From: Tubulanus polymorphus | Lineage: Eukaryota; Animalia; Nemertea | Length of the DNA stretch: 64,000 nt | Assembly: GCF_964204645.1 (NCBI RefSeq) | Contig: NC_134028.1 | Location: forward strand, 12,075,263-12,139,262 | Direction: 5' to 3' | Shown here: in pieces, positions 11,150-24,770 of the stretch | Layout of the letters: each line of letters starts with the position of its first letter | Numbering within the stretch: position 1 is the stretch's first letter | Position numbers and translations under genes: made by a program | The notes under the pieces: model-generated | Databases searched by the model: none | The model's input: only the letters and a program-made list of their open reading frames with translations | What the model was told of the DNA's origin: nothing

Positions 11150-11722
11150 AGGTGAAGGTTTAATATCAGTGGATATATGATATGTGGTGAAGGGTTAATA
11201 TCGGAGTATGATAAGTGGTGAGGGGTTAATATCGATGTGCGGTAAGAGGTGAAGGGTTAATATCAGTGTATGGTGAGTAGTGAAGGGTTAATATCGGTGT
11301 ATGGTTAGTAGTGAAGGGATAATATCGGTGTATGGTAAGTAGTGAAGGGTTAATATCAGTGTATGGTAAGTGGTGAAGGGTTAATATCAGTGTATGGTGA
11401 GTAGTGAAGGGTTAATATCGGTGTATGGTAAGTAGTGAAGGGTTTATATCAGTGTATGGTAAGTGGTGAAGGGTTTATATCAGTGTATGGTAAGTGGTGA
11501 AGGGTTAATATCAGTGTATGGTAAGTGGAGAAAAGTTAATATCAGTGTATGGTAAGTGGTGAAGGGTTAATATCAGTGTATGGTAAGTAGTGAAGGGTTA
11601 ATATCAGTGTATGATAAGTAGTGAAGGGTTAATATCAGTGTATGGTGAGTAGTGAAAGGTTAATATCAGTGTATGGTTAGTGGTGAAGGGCATGGTAACC
11701 AGTGCATGGTGAGTAGTGAAGC
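11150..11722. repeat. 31-bp minisatellite (~18 copies)
   Basis: Unit RGTGAAGGGTTAATATCAGTGTATGGTRAGT read directly. Confidence 0.95.
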
Positions 11723-12849
11723 GCACATGTGGTCACAATGGAATGCAAATTATTAGCGATGCATACACAGGGTTATTATTAATACTGCAGGGATGTGGCA
11801 TTTTAAGCAGGCATCATAATGGGGTTTAAATAGGCCTTTTATAAACCCTTTCAAAAAACTATATATAAAGCCTAAGCCTATACTGGTATGTATTTCTCGT
11901 TGAAAAATAAATGAACTCAAGGATGAAAATAAAGTAGCCTTATATTTTATTGGAATATTTATCAAGCCCAAGCGCCAAAAACGGAAACTTCAGCAGTAAT
12001 GTTTTTATAAATGAACTGAATTGCGTCTATGGTTGTACAACTACGTATGTAGCAATGCCTGTATGACATTGATGACTGTAGTGCTACTGGACTCAGCACA
12101 GTGCGTACATGTGGTCACTTGGCAACGACCTAATGCATTCAAAGAAAGGTGAAGCATCACTGAACTTAAGCACTTGCTTAATTCATAGACCGAATAATAC
12201 AAAAAAATACATCATCGTGGATTCAACACCACTGTCTATGTGGAAATACACCTACAAATCACCTACAAGTGCCGGCCGAGCTAGGAAAAAATAAAAAATA
12301 ACGTACGTTAGACCTTGTGCCGCCGCGAACGGCGGGAACCGACCGACACATCATCAGTGTAATTGCCAGTTAAATACGCATTGACAACTCTTATTCTCAA
12401 CAAAAAACAATTCAACGCTTTATTGACATCTAGTCTGAACATAACTTACACACATAAATCCTGTTATTTTCACAAAAAGTATGTAAAATGCTGGTACCTA
12501 CCTCTTGACTCGCGTCACAGTAAATCAATGGCGGCGCGGGGTTGTCACGTCATCCGCAATATTCAGTATTTATCTACTAGCGCATGGAAACTATATTTTT
12601 CCGTAAAGTATGATTACAGTCTTAAGGGACGATATTCGAGTGCATCTACATAGAAAATGCTTGCAGTTTCAGACTCATGCAATATGATGTAGGCCTACTG
12701 GTACAAGGATCTTTTTACAGCGCGTATATGTACATGTATAAATGTCACTCAGATGCTGCGGTCCGTCTCCACATGAAAATGACGTCACATGTCACTCTAG
12801 AAATGCCAAAAATCGTATGGAAATTAGCCCCCAGTGCCCAAATTAGATA

Positions 12850-13441
12850 CCGTAAAAACCGGCGTATAAGTCGAGTTTTTAACCCTTGATTTTACCACTA
12901 AATTATTGACCTCGACTTATACGCCGAGTACAGTTTTCTACGAAGTATTTTCAGGTCGCGAGAAATATTGATTCTACCAGACAAAAAAGACAGTGTTCAT
13001 CTTCTTACTGCTATAACAGTTTGAATAATTATTCATGATAAATAAAGTTATTTAATGAAAAAAACTCCTTTCATTTTGACACAGCTTCATTTAAAACGAT
13101 GTATTCATATATGCGCGCTCATAGCAGCGCTTAATACATTAGGCTATATATAGCGTGTGACTCACACTACTGTCTCACTGTATGGTAGTGTATTATACCC
13201 GAGTGTGTGTGTAACAGTCTATTGATTAACACACGGCAGCAATCAGGCTGACGCGCGGTGGCGTGCGTGAAGGCACACATCGTTATCAAAACAAACTATT
13301 CAATACAATGATACTAGTAATTATTCTTCCAAGAGAAGGGACTCGACTTATAAGCCAGATATATGTTAAAATCATGAAATGTAGGTCTAAAAATCGACCT
13401 CGACTTATACGCCGCGTAGACTTATACGCCGGTTTTTACGG
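12850..13441. mobile_element. Tc1/mariner-pogo-like MITE
   Basis: TIR CCGTAAAAACCGGCGTATAAGTC with perfect inverse, TA on both sides, subterminal CTCGACTTATAC repeats. Confidence 0.9.
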
Positions 13442-13627
13442 TACACCAGATATCTATACCACCAGAAACTATGACTCTACAACTGTAACAGTGCTTTTGA
13501 CACAACACTCATAGCGTTAGATGCTACAGATTCAGCGGGGAAGATGTGCAACACTAATCAATCGGCACCATTTAGTAAACTAATTCAGCAGCTGAATCTA
13601 GAAATCGCACAAAATAATTGATGATAA

Positions 13628-16600
13628 GGCCATCCCTAAATAATTGTCTGTTTGCTGTAACACCGACTCAAGTTTTCAGGATGAGTTGGTAGGTAGGTAG
13701 AAATATTTTTTTGCTAAATTTAAGGGCAAAAAATACCATTTTTATATGGAAACAATATGAAAAATCTGCGCTGTGCACAGGAAATTTGTCTATAGCCTAG
13801 ATTTCAAGAATAATTTCAAAATTCTAACTTCGCCTGGAGCGTCATCTCTTAGTTCAAAATGAAAAAGTACATTGAAATATAGCTGCCAAGCAGCGATGAC
13901 TGGTTTTCTGCAAAGCCATTCAGAAAGATGGGAATTGTAGTAAATTGAAATATCGATACATAGAATAAAATGCATTGACAGATTCGAACCTAATATGCTA
14001 CCACTGTGTAAACGTCAAATATGATTCAGCTTTGAAACCGAACATACGCGGACGTACAATCAACAAATATTAATTCATTTGACCAGGCATTGATTTTGGC
14101 ATTCAAACATCATGATACTGTATTATCACCATGCTTAAAAATGGATCTGTCCTATCAAGAACTCATTTGAAGCACCTGCTGAGTCGATAGATTGAGTGAA
14201 TTTACAGATAAGAACGTATTATGATTTAGAATAGATTTAAGAAGTTAATGTTTTTATTGAAATATTTGAATAAGTACATATATTGTAGTGTAGATTCAAT
14301 CAATAAATCATGAATTGATCTGGTCTGGGTTTCCGGCTGATGTTGATTTTGGCTTTATGGATTACAAATTCTATAGTGATAAACTGAATTGATACCTGCA
14401 ACATGTGTGTAAATCAAATCTATTCCACTAGTTACGTGTGTTTCCTAATAAATGGGAGAGTCACTCTTGATCTGAGTTATTAGAAAAATAATGTTCATTT
14501 AGTTATAGAAATTCATTGCCTTTTTGGAAATTCTGTAATAACATTTGTTCTGTCCTAATTTTTATTACTGTATGAACCAATGATATGCTTTGTAAATATG
14601 ATGCAATAAAATAAATTTGAATTTGAATTAAATTTGAACATGAGGATCAAGCATAACTTGTGTTTTTTCAACTTGTCTTTTGTTAACAGTTCCTGAGTTT
14701 CAATTACGATCAAATCCAAATTGGCTAAAAAAGTACATAGGACTAAATGAAATGAACCGTTAGTTACTGCAAACCTATTCCAGTGTTATATCGATCGTGT
14801 TGAATCCCTTTCCTTGAGTTGAAAGAATCAGATCTTCTATGGTGCAACATCGGTAGAAGAGAGATATCTCGGTGTTGACTGTCCTTGACCATCTAACTGC
14901 ATGCGTTTGACATTGGAATCAGCATCATACCGATTTGAACTGCAAAATATTCATACAACATGAAAACCTACAGTACATGTATACAGTAATCAAACTTTCA
15001 CCGATGTTGGATATTTGAATGAACGTTGGGCTTATTCAGTATTCTAAAGCAGGAAATAATAAGCCCAATCAATACCCCCTATTCCCACAATTGTATAATG
15101 CGTACGCTATACTGTACACTTATCAGTCAAGAATGGAGAAATCGGTATACCAAACCTACGAACAGCAAAATGTACAGGCCTACAATGATTTCTGGAATAC
15201 AAGCCGTGACCACATGAACGTTTTGGTTTGACTATTAATGTCAGCAGGTCAGAGAAGGCCTGGCCCAATTTAATCACATGGCTCAAATCAATTAGCCTTT
15301 CTGCGTGTGAATACTTCACTGTATTGTTTTAAAAATAGGCCTATCGAGTGTATTAGTACATAGACTGAATTAGAATTTCGGCTAGTCCTGACCAAATCCT
15401 ATCCATGTTATAATTGCACCAGTTATAGTAACATCACTGTAGGGCCGACGAGAGGGAAAAAGTTGTGTTTGTAGTACATAGCATGATAGGCTTGTCGTAC
15501 TCACTTAATACTTAAAACGCTGTTGTAACCTGTACGTGACTGTATGGTAATTTCTACAGGGTAGCCGTATGTGAGTATGTTGACGCTCAGACTTGCAATA
15601 TTGGGATTCGAAACCAAACGAAAAAAAAATCCAGTTGTAGTCCAGTGATTTACCCACTGTGCCACAGAACGTAACTGCAGGGTGGATGAAATTTGATTTA
15701 CAAATAGCCTAGCCTCACCTAACCCAAACTCTATTCTTTCACGCATGCGCGTTTGCAGATTATAGGAACTCACGTACGGCGTTTTTAGGGAACTCACATA
15801 CGGTTAACCTGTGTATATCACTGTACAGTCACGTACGGGTAACAACTTCGTACTTAAAAAATGGTATTGGCTACTAAGAACTCACGTACGGCGTTAGTAG
15901 GGAACTCACGTACAGTTAACCTGTGGAGATCACCATACAGTCACGTACGAGTAACAACTACGTACTAAAAATGGTATTGGCTACTATATAATAGGCCTAC
16001 CAGACATATAAATACCAGTACTGCGGTAGGCTTTCTTAGCTTCCACACTTCACAACCGAACCAACTGACCAACCAGTATATTTAGTCCCAGTACGCACCA
16101 ACCGGCACAGGCCTAACACTGTTTGTCAACTGTGTGTACCGTAGTCGGCTATGGATAATCACCTGATACTTTTCTGTCGTTTGTTTTCTCTCTGAGACGA
16201 ACGTAATTCTAGTAGCCTTCCGCGCCTCAACGACCATGATTTAAACTTGATCAATTCAAAATCTGTTTATTGACGCTTTTGGTTACATGAACTGATCAGC
16301 AATATACTTAAATAAAATAACCGGAATAACAAGAAATCAAAAATATTAAAGAGGTAACAAACAAATGCCCGTAAACCTGTCAGACACGCGAACACCGGAC
16401 TCGTAAACTCTCGTAATAATAATCACGCGAATTTCAATAGGGTTTTCTGTGAAGAAACAGAAAACCCTAATAAGCACGCTGTAAGATTACCAGCTTTAGT
16501 CAGTCGGTCGGTCAGCCGTTTTTATCAAAAAAGACTTTATTTCAATGACTCCCAAAAAAGGTTTTCACTCAGTACCGTTGAAGTCAGGTCGGTCGGGTTA

Positions 16601-16629
16601 CGGCAAACAGACCATTATTTGGGATGGCC
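13628..16629. mobile_element. PIF/Harbinger-like MITE hosting a HINE-like insertion
   Basis: ~40-bp imperfect TIRs GGCCATCCCTAAATAATTGTCTGTTTGC / GCAAACAGACCATTATTTGGGATGGCC; TAA TSD at 13625-13627 and 16630-16632. Confidence 0.85.
13876..16473 (-). mobile_element. Helentron/HINE-like element
   Basis: 5' hairpin at 16438-16468; 3' end ATAGCTGCCAAGCAGC on the plus strand; body is the reverse complement of 34495-36686. Confidence 0.8.
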
Positions 16630-16832
16630 TAACAATGTAATAAATATGAAAAATTAACTAAATTCACGCTACTAAATTGAAAAACAAAGTTTTGATTTTA
16701 TTTCATAATTTATCTAATGATTCATTTATCATTGAAATTATATATACAATTCTATATAATTAGAACCAATATCAATCACAGCGAGGTACAACTTAAACAA
16801 TTTTGGTGAAACAGTTTTAAGTTTAATGAATC

Positions 16833-18765
16833 ATAAATTGCCCATGGGCAAAGTGTGGTTTACCTTGAAAGCTAGAGGTTGTTTGGAGTAGGGCATTGTT
16901 TGAAAAATCTTTTTAATTCGTGACTTCAAAGTTCTAGAAGTTTATATTGTATTTAATCTTTCCTAAAGAATTATTTTGTAGTCATATAAGACCAAAGATA
17001 AACATTTGTTTATCGTACATCCAAAATTTCGTAGGGTACAGGTAGGCGCGACATGGAAACTATTTTATATTTTCATCATATGAAAAAATATTCAAATAAA
17101 ATTCATATGATGTCACATATCAGAGGGTGGCCGAATGTATGGCCGCGGAAGCTAAAATACCGGTGCAGTAAGAAATTGGCATATTAGATCGTTTTAAATC
17201 CTGGAATTTACCACTACAATATTCAGACCTCGACCTATACCTAAAGTTTGCTGCTTAGTATTTTCAGGTCACAAGAAATTACAATTTATTACAAATTCTA
17301 TCAAACAGAAAACACAGCGCTCATCTTCTACTGATGAAATGTCAAACGCGCTAGCAAGCAGCGTTACAGTATCACTATAGTAGTGTATACTGTACGCGCG
17401 TGTGTTTGTGTTTGTGGAGGCCTTGTGTAAGTGAATGTTCGCTTACACTTCAATGTCAATCAAATCAATCACCGGGTATTAAAATGAAACAATACCTATG
17501 GCGGATAATAATTACATTCTCACCAGCAATGAGCATTTGAAATTCGCACTTTTACGGCACCTAGTCCAATGAAACGTTCGCCATTCTATGGCTTTCCCAT
17601 AATTATTTTAGTAGCGCTGGAATTCCCTGTACATCCCAAAAACAGCCAATCACATTCGCAGGGAAACTATTTTATATTTTCAAAAAAATATTTTTCACAA
17701 TATGAAAAAATATTCAAATGAAATTCATATGATGTCACATATCAGAGAGTGGCTGAATATTGAGTCTTGGAAACGATAAACCTCTTCCAATTTATGGCCG
17801 TGGAAGCTAAAACACAGGGGCGTAGTATTAGATCGTTTTAAATCCTGGAATTTACCATTACAATATTCAGACCTCGACCTATATCTATAGTTTGCTGCTT
17901 AGTATTTTCAGGTCACAAGAAATTACAATTTATTACAAATTCTATCAAACAGAAAACACAGCGCTTATCTTCTGCTACGACGATTATTCAGCCTGTTATC
18001 ATACCAAACATGCACGCGCCAAGCAGCGTTACAGCATCACCATATAGTAGTTTGTATGAGCGTGTTTTGTGTGTGCAACAGTATAATATTTAGCACTCCC
18101 GCGCACGGGGAGGCCTTGTGTAGTGAACGTTCACTTCACTTCAATCTCAATCAACACAATCACAGGGTATTAAAATGAAACAATGCCTATGGCGATATGT
18201 GAATATATTATATTCTCACCAGCAATGAGCTTTTCAAATTCGCACATATACCTGCATATACGGCACCTAGTCCAATGAAACATTCGCCATTAATGGCTTT
18301 CCCATAATTATTTTATTAGCGCAGGAATTCCCCGTATATCCCAAAAACAGCCGATCACAGCGCTCATCTTCTGCTACGACGATTATTCAGCCTGTTATCA
18401 TACCAAACGTGCACGCGCCAAGCAGCGTTACAGCATCACCATATAGTAGTCTGTATGAGCGTGTTTTGTGTGTGCAACAGTATAATATTTAGCACTCCCG
18501 CGCACGTGGAGGCCTTGTGTAGTGAACGTTCACTTCACTACAATCTCAATCAACACAATCACCGGGTATTAAAATGAAACAATGCCTATGGCGATATGTG
18601 AATATATTATATTCTCACCAGCAATGAGCTTTTAAAATTCGTACAAATACCTGCATATACGGCACCTAGTCCAATGAAACGTTCGCCATTAATGGCTTTC
18701 CCATATTTATTTTAGTAGCGCCAGAATTCCCCTTATATCCCAAAAACAGCCAATCACATTTGCTC
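16833..18765. repeat. Dispersed repeat (GCCCATGGGC hairpin end, HINE-like) followed by internal tandem duplications
   Basis: First ~330 bp recur at 46021-46420 and 53977-54291. Direct repeats ~17055-17660 vs ~17662-18355, and ~17955-18358 vs ~18356-18760. Confidence 0.8.
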
Positions 18766-19300
18766 GTAGAGACGACGCCCACCAATCGAGGTCATTGCAA
18801 TTTTATATGCAAGAGCTAAGTATTTTCCTGCCAAAAACAGTTTTTAGTCGAATTTGAACAAAGTTAACCATGTCATCGACGAAGTTTCATCATGTCTTCA
18901 ATCGCATCGATTATACACCGAGAACCAATGAAAAAAATGATCACATAAAAAAACGTACCACATAAATGTACATGAATTTGCTCAATGCCCACCTCATACT
19001 GCTAACAAAGGTTAACCAAAAATGCTAACTACAGATAATACATTAAATCATCGGTTGAGGATATTTCAGATCTCTGTTTCACCTTTACAGAGCTAGGTCT
19101 TTTTCCAATATCCAAGCGTCGATTGGTTGTGCTGTCCTCTTCATTTGATATGCTGTACTAATCAAGGGTTAGGGTTCTGTATAAAAGCGAGAAAACGCCT
19201 CAAGAGGGTGAGAAAAGGGTCCAGAGGGTTAGGATTAGGATTATATATAAGGTTAGGGTTAGTGCTGTATTATCAATTTAAATTTACCACCGTATTTATC

Positions 19301-19374
19301 GGTCCGTGGTGGTCTAGTGGTATAGACGCTGCGCTAGCAATCTGCTAACCCGGGTTCGAATCCCGGTCTATTCG
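19301..19374 (+). pseudogene. tRNA-derived Pol III cassette (tRNA-Ala(AGC)-like pseudogene or SINE-like head)
   Basis: A box TGGTCTAGTGG, B box GGTTCGAATCC, perfect D stem (GTCT/AGAC) and T stem (CCGGG/CCCGG), loop CTAGCAA; anticodon and acceptor stems do not pair. Confidence 0.7.
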
Positions 19375-20207
19375 CTCAACTAAATTTTCAAATTTTCTAA
19401 GTAATACTCCTCATTGCGCATGCATGGTATTAGATAAGCCAAGAAAGGGCTAGATCTAGACCTGGCCGAGAAATCACCTGAAACGGTGAAGCTGAGAGAT
19501 CTGAAATATCCTCGACCTAAATCATCACGATCCTGGTCGCGGTAGCCGCCATTATCTATAACAGATGCACTGATTACAGCAGAGAACCCATGCAACTGGT
19601 TGGCAGTGGGAGGTCGTTGTTAAGCAATGTTTTTTTTCTAATAAATTTTTCATTTTGAACAAATAGATAACACAGAATCATGGATGATACAAATAACGTA
19701 ACTTAAGTCGGATAACTTCCAAACAAGAGGCCCATGGGCCTTGAAGCATTGGTAGATTATACTGTGGTATTAAGTGGTTATAATGTTTTACATCTGCCGG
19801 CAAATCTTCTATGACGATGTTGATTGGGAGGACCACAGACTTAAAGGTCTATTTGTCTAGTACGATTTTATTCCTGAAAATGAATTTATTTTCTGTCTAG
19901 CTATTTAGCCTAGGCTAATTGTACTGTTAAACCTCATTAATGTGATTCTGTTAAAAAGACGAAACTAGTTTATTCTGATGTTTTCCATCATGTCCCAGCC
20001 AAGATATTTATATGAATTAAGATTTGGATACAAAAACCCATTCTTACGCATGAACTGTTAGGCCCCACTGAATAATGAAAACAAAAACAGAACGATTTTT
20101 CTGAATGGAATTGCAAGACCCTCTGATCTTAGAGCTCCAAGCTCTGATGCACGTACGCATGCAAAACGTCGCAGAGAGCGATGCCGGTGTTGGTGTCACT
20201 GAGGCCG

Positions 20208-20431
20208 GCTGATAATTGTCTGTTTGGCTTTACGTACGTCGTTTGGATCTTGGTTTCCCAAGACTATTCCTATTGGATTGTTCATTTAACCTCACGACGG
20301 TACGGCCTTTGAAGTGTTGCCCACACACTGCTCGCAGCCAGCAGGACTCGAACCCACTTGTCACTCAGCTAGTGATAGTGGATAGTGGATTCAACAGCAT
20401 CACGCCTTATCTCACTGAGCTACTGAGGCCG
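20208..20431 (-). mobile_element. tRNA-derived SINE
   Basis: Minus strand: A-box-like TAGCTCAGTGAG, B box GGTTCGAGTCC, ~120-nt body, tail CGACGTACGTAAAGCCAAACAGACAA. Confidence 0.65.
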
Positions 20432-21370
20432 CTCGATTCAATTCCAAAAAACTACAGCGGCGGCAAATAACCATCGCAATATTGCAATTTATGACAAACA
20501 ACGCGTAAATTCAATCACTGTTGTTAAACGCATGGAAAAGATAATAAAAGGTATTCTTTTCCCGGCGCGCATTACAAAGCGAATCTCTGCCGAGTGTGTA
20601 AGAGGGGGCTACCGCCTTATGAGTGCGCAGCAGGCGGGTAGGGCGTCCTTAAGTGAAAACTTATATTAGAATATAGCCGAATCAAATTTTACAATGTCAG
20701 TCAACTGATACAACATGGTTGTTCTCGGCGTTCTTAACAATGATATTTTCCTCCAATAAACAACTCTGGTAAAATTGAATAAAATGATCTATCTTTATTG
20801 GTGATATCGTATCATGGTAGTAGCCTACCGTTTACCGTTTGATGTTTCGTGTCATCATGAAATGGTTTTAACTTTAGTAAAGGCGTTCCCGCACGATCAC
20901 ATACGGGTTTCAGTCACGAGTAGGCTGCCGTTCCACTGCTCTAGAAATACGTATTCTGACGCTGAGAATTAATCCCAAATAATCCCATGGATACTGATAG
21001 TTGGAATAACAGTGATATCCAAACACTGTGATATTTATAAACCGGAGGTACATAATTTTATGTTTTTCTATTCAGAAGAGGCTGTTCCCCATTCTTTACT
21101 GCCAGTGTCAATGCGGACATATCGCTACGCGACTGTTTAACCCGCTCTCATCTACCAGATAATGAACGAAAAAAATGCGATCGAATAACTTTTTGGTCCA
21201 TTAAATCAGAAATCTGGCGACGCTAGGTTGTGGTGAATAATTGAAACATTTCTTAAAGTAATTTTCAGCTGTTTCTAATGTATTACGTAAACGGAGTGAC
21301 AATTTGAAGTTACTATGAAAATGAGAAGCGTCAGTGCTATATTTTCGTACTACTAATTTCGATCCATTTT

Positions 21371-22152
21371 CAGGGATTTGATATCATTTTATCAAAAATC
21401 CGGAACTCACCTCTTAATGCAGCGAAGCTGCAATGAAGCGAGCGCCGTAGGCGCGAAGCCGCGGGCGGGGGCCTGGGCGCCCTCCCCCAGAAAAATTTTG
21501 AATATTCATTGCCCTGAGAGCGATTTTAGAGCATTTCGGATAAAAACGATGTTCCTAATTCTAACCAGGAAATAGGCAACTACTGTCTGTCACACCTACT
21601 CTCCGTGCGACGTTTTGGTCCGTATGTCGTTAATAATCGGTATCTACCTTTATTACGCATCAATTTGTTCAGTGAGGAATTCGCATTCAGAAATAAACAA
21701 CAATTTTCACTAAAGTTGTTTTTGTTTTCATTTATGAGCGATAGTTTACTCGGCATACGCTCGCGTAATCCTGAAAAATCCGCTGCGCGGACGCTCGAAA
21801 ACGTTACAGTGACGTCATCACCTGCTCATTAGCATATCAAAATACAGTAGGTGGCGCAACGTGACGGGCCATAAAAGCCGCTTTTCAGCATTACGCGAGC
21901 GAACACTGTCTATTAATAGCTCGAGGGTCGTCGATCGTCGTCCAATTCTGACAGCAGCGCAACCATCCAGCGCAAGAAAGACTTCTGATTGTCCGGTCTT
22001 GAACGCTTTTATGGCTCACCGGTACCAATCGTCAGTCAGCAGAGTACCTCACCCCCCCACTTCTCTCAACGGATCTGTACAAATCCAAGGGCGTCAATAT
22101 TTTGGTCCCAAAGCCCGGAAATCCGGTTTAAGCCGGAAAAATCACATCCCTG
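21371..22152. mobile_element. MITE with 6-bp TSD (hAT6-like)
   Basis: TIRs CAGGGATTTGAT / ATCACATCCCTG; CATTTT at 21365-21370 and 22153-22158. Confidence 0.85.
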
Positions 22153-23523
22153 CATTTTACTAGCATTGGCATGAGGTCATAGACGTCAACCAATGCTAAA
22201 AATGATTCAATAGCAGAATGTGCTGTATCTATAAAAAGCATGCGAGAGAGTATATATAATATATCAATAGAAGTAGGTTGCCCTGGTGACAGCCAGCTGA
22301 TAAATGTACTGTATTGAGTGCTTGCAGGAAGACAGGCGTATGCCAGTGGTATGTGTAAACACAGTGCCATTGATTGGATGCTTGGCGGGTATATCAACTA
22401 GCGGAACTAAAGGACTCCTTTTTTTAGTTTCTGATAATAGAATCAACATGTTTAAACTTCTTTCGTGACATATTTTCAAAGAATCGTTACAACGCTAGAG
22501 TTTTCTGTAAACTGTATTGACTAAATAGACTAAAATCGTATGTTTGAAGACCCACTCGTATCACTGTAATTTGTACTGTCAATCCGTAACGATTACGGGA
22601 AAATCGTAACAGTTGGCAGGTCTGGATGTTTGTTGCGCCGCATGTGCCTCAGTATAGTAGTTTCCAGACAGTTCAGGCGCTACCGTGTGTAGGCCTGCTC
22701 TCGGTGACCTTTCTCTCGAATCGTAATCACCAAAATTACTAATATAGCGGGATTTTATACAAAATAAGATTTCAACTCTTTCATTTCTTCAAGATACTCC
22801 ATCTTAATGTAGAAAAAAGGACCAATGGTCCAGTGGCTCGCTTAACTGATGTGAAGTAAAAAATCTGTCACATAGGCTATCGGTATGCAAAAATTCATTT
22901 CATTGAAAATTAAAGAAAAAATTATTCTAAAAAAGCACTTAATTTTGGTCAGTGTGAACTTTTAATGATAAATGACTTTTAAATCTTCGAAAAAATTGGT
23001 ATGGGCCTTTAGTCTGAACAAATGTTCATAATTTTAATACATCCCTTGAATGACGCAACACAACTAAAACTATGAGTGACCCATTAAGATAGGGTACAAA
23101 CTTGGTGAGAGCCTGGGTTTCATCGGAGGTTTTTCATTATCATATGGACCAATCAGGACAGAAACTGATCCCAAGTTCTTCAAATTTGAGGCAAGTGCAG
23201 GTTACTGACGAAACATAATTTAGCGACTGACATGGTTTTTGATAATTTCGTGATAGGATTGCTTTAGGTAGCTTACATCTTCACTCGCGATATACACCGT
23301 ACTGATATAAGTAGCTTACATCATCTTCACTCGCGATATACACCGTAGCACGCGTTATCTTTAACTGATGCATACACGCAGTGAACACGAGAGTATAAGG
23401 TGATATTGCCAATGCGACTGTACATGACTGTTTTCAACGCGAACGCTCTTCGCTGTGCCGCAGTAAACGAACTAATACAAATAAACTGGCTACAAAACGT
23501 ATCGCTAATGCAAAGGTCGATAA

Positions 23524-24257
23524 AATGACTTCAATTAATGATGATGAAACAACTATTCCAGTTGTGTAAATATCAGACTCATCTTCAAAAATTCGATGCT
23601 ATCATCAGTAAATCAGCCGTGTGGCGAACACGGAAGTAAATTTCTGCATTTCGAAACCACATTTTTGTCAGATATCTTGATGCAACGTTACCTTATGCAC
23701 GGATATAAAAACTAGATGAATCATTGAACACATCGCACACAATAAATCATTATATCATACGCCTCGAGTATCAGTATTCGCGCTAAAAAATGATGATATC
23801 AACCTAGTCAATTGTGCCGCCATTTTGTTTTTTAAGTAACGTGCACCAGCTGATCCACCTCGTTCAATGTTATGATGTCATGATGGAAGTCAAAAACAGG
23901 TCAACATAAATTTAATATAACCAAGATTGACGGGTTTCGTCTTTGAAAGCCCATAACTACTGAACAAAGCATTGGATTTTGGCGATATAAAGTTCTTCCG
24001 ACACAAATAGCATTGAATTTTCACACGTGTAATTTTGGACAGTTAAAGATGCTGCATAAAAAAACGTGATCAAATAAACTTTTTGGTAAATTTCTCAAAA
24101 AATTTGAAACCCACAGCTTTCAACTTTGTGCACCATAGAGAAAAACCAACTACGAAATATATTTTTGCTTAATCCGTTCAATTTGCCCATTAGTAGTGAA
24201 ATTACATGCTACTGAAATTGTGTTTGAGTGTGCTAAAAATAACTTTGAGCGTAGTGT
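23524..24257. repeat. Dispersed repeat, copy 1 (second copy 25208-25775), DNA-transposon-like end TTTGAGCGTAGTG-TA
   Basis: Collinear similarity with 25208-25775; the two copies flank the 24771-24965 exon in direct orientation. Confidence 0.75.
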
Positions 24258-24770
24258 ATTAAGCATATAAATGCTTATCGATCGACCAGACTGATGACAT
24301 AGGCATAGCGAAAAAAAACCGGGAGTTCATAAATCAATTATCTGCTCAGTTATGTGGTTCTGTCAGTGCAAAAATAGCCCATTTCGAGGCTGAAGTACTG
24401 AATCTGAAATAAGCATTCCAACCTACATATTTTTTCCAGGATCTTTTAGAATAGTGTAGGTTGAAGCATTGGAAACATAAATCAACTTGTGACCTTGAAT
24501 AGAAAAATCCTGCCCATTTTTTTCTTAGCAAGGGAAGTTTTCGAGATAGATTTTTGTAGCGCAAACGATGACTTATCTGAAAACAAATTACATACAAAAA
24601 TAGCCCTAAACCTTCTTGTTTGAATAAAGAAAGAATTAAATAAACAATAAGGAAGTTATGAACATTTTAAAAGACAAGAGCATTAAACATTGACCTGCGT
24701 AATACTATCACTGAGTGGATTTGATTATTTATACTAACACTGGTTAGATAAACTGTAATTATGCACTCAC

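Noticed and set aside
19301-19374. Functional tRNA-Ala(AGC) gene
   Set aside because: Acceptor and anticodon stems do not base-pair; kept only as a tRNA-derived cassette.
24288-24330. CTGATGA...CGAAA possible hammerhead
   Set aside because: Intervening sequence does not form stem II and no stem III partner exists.
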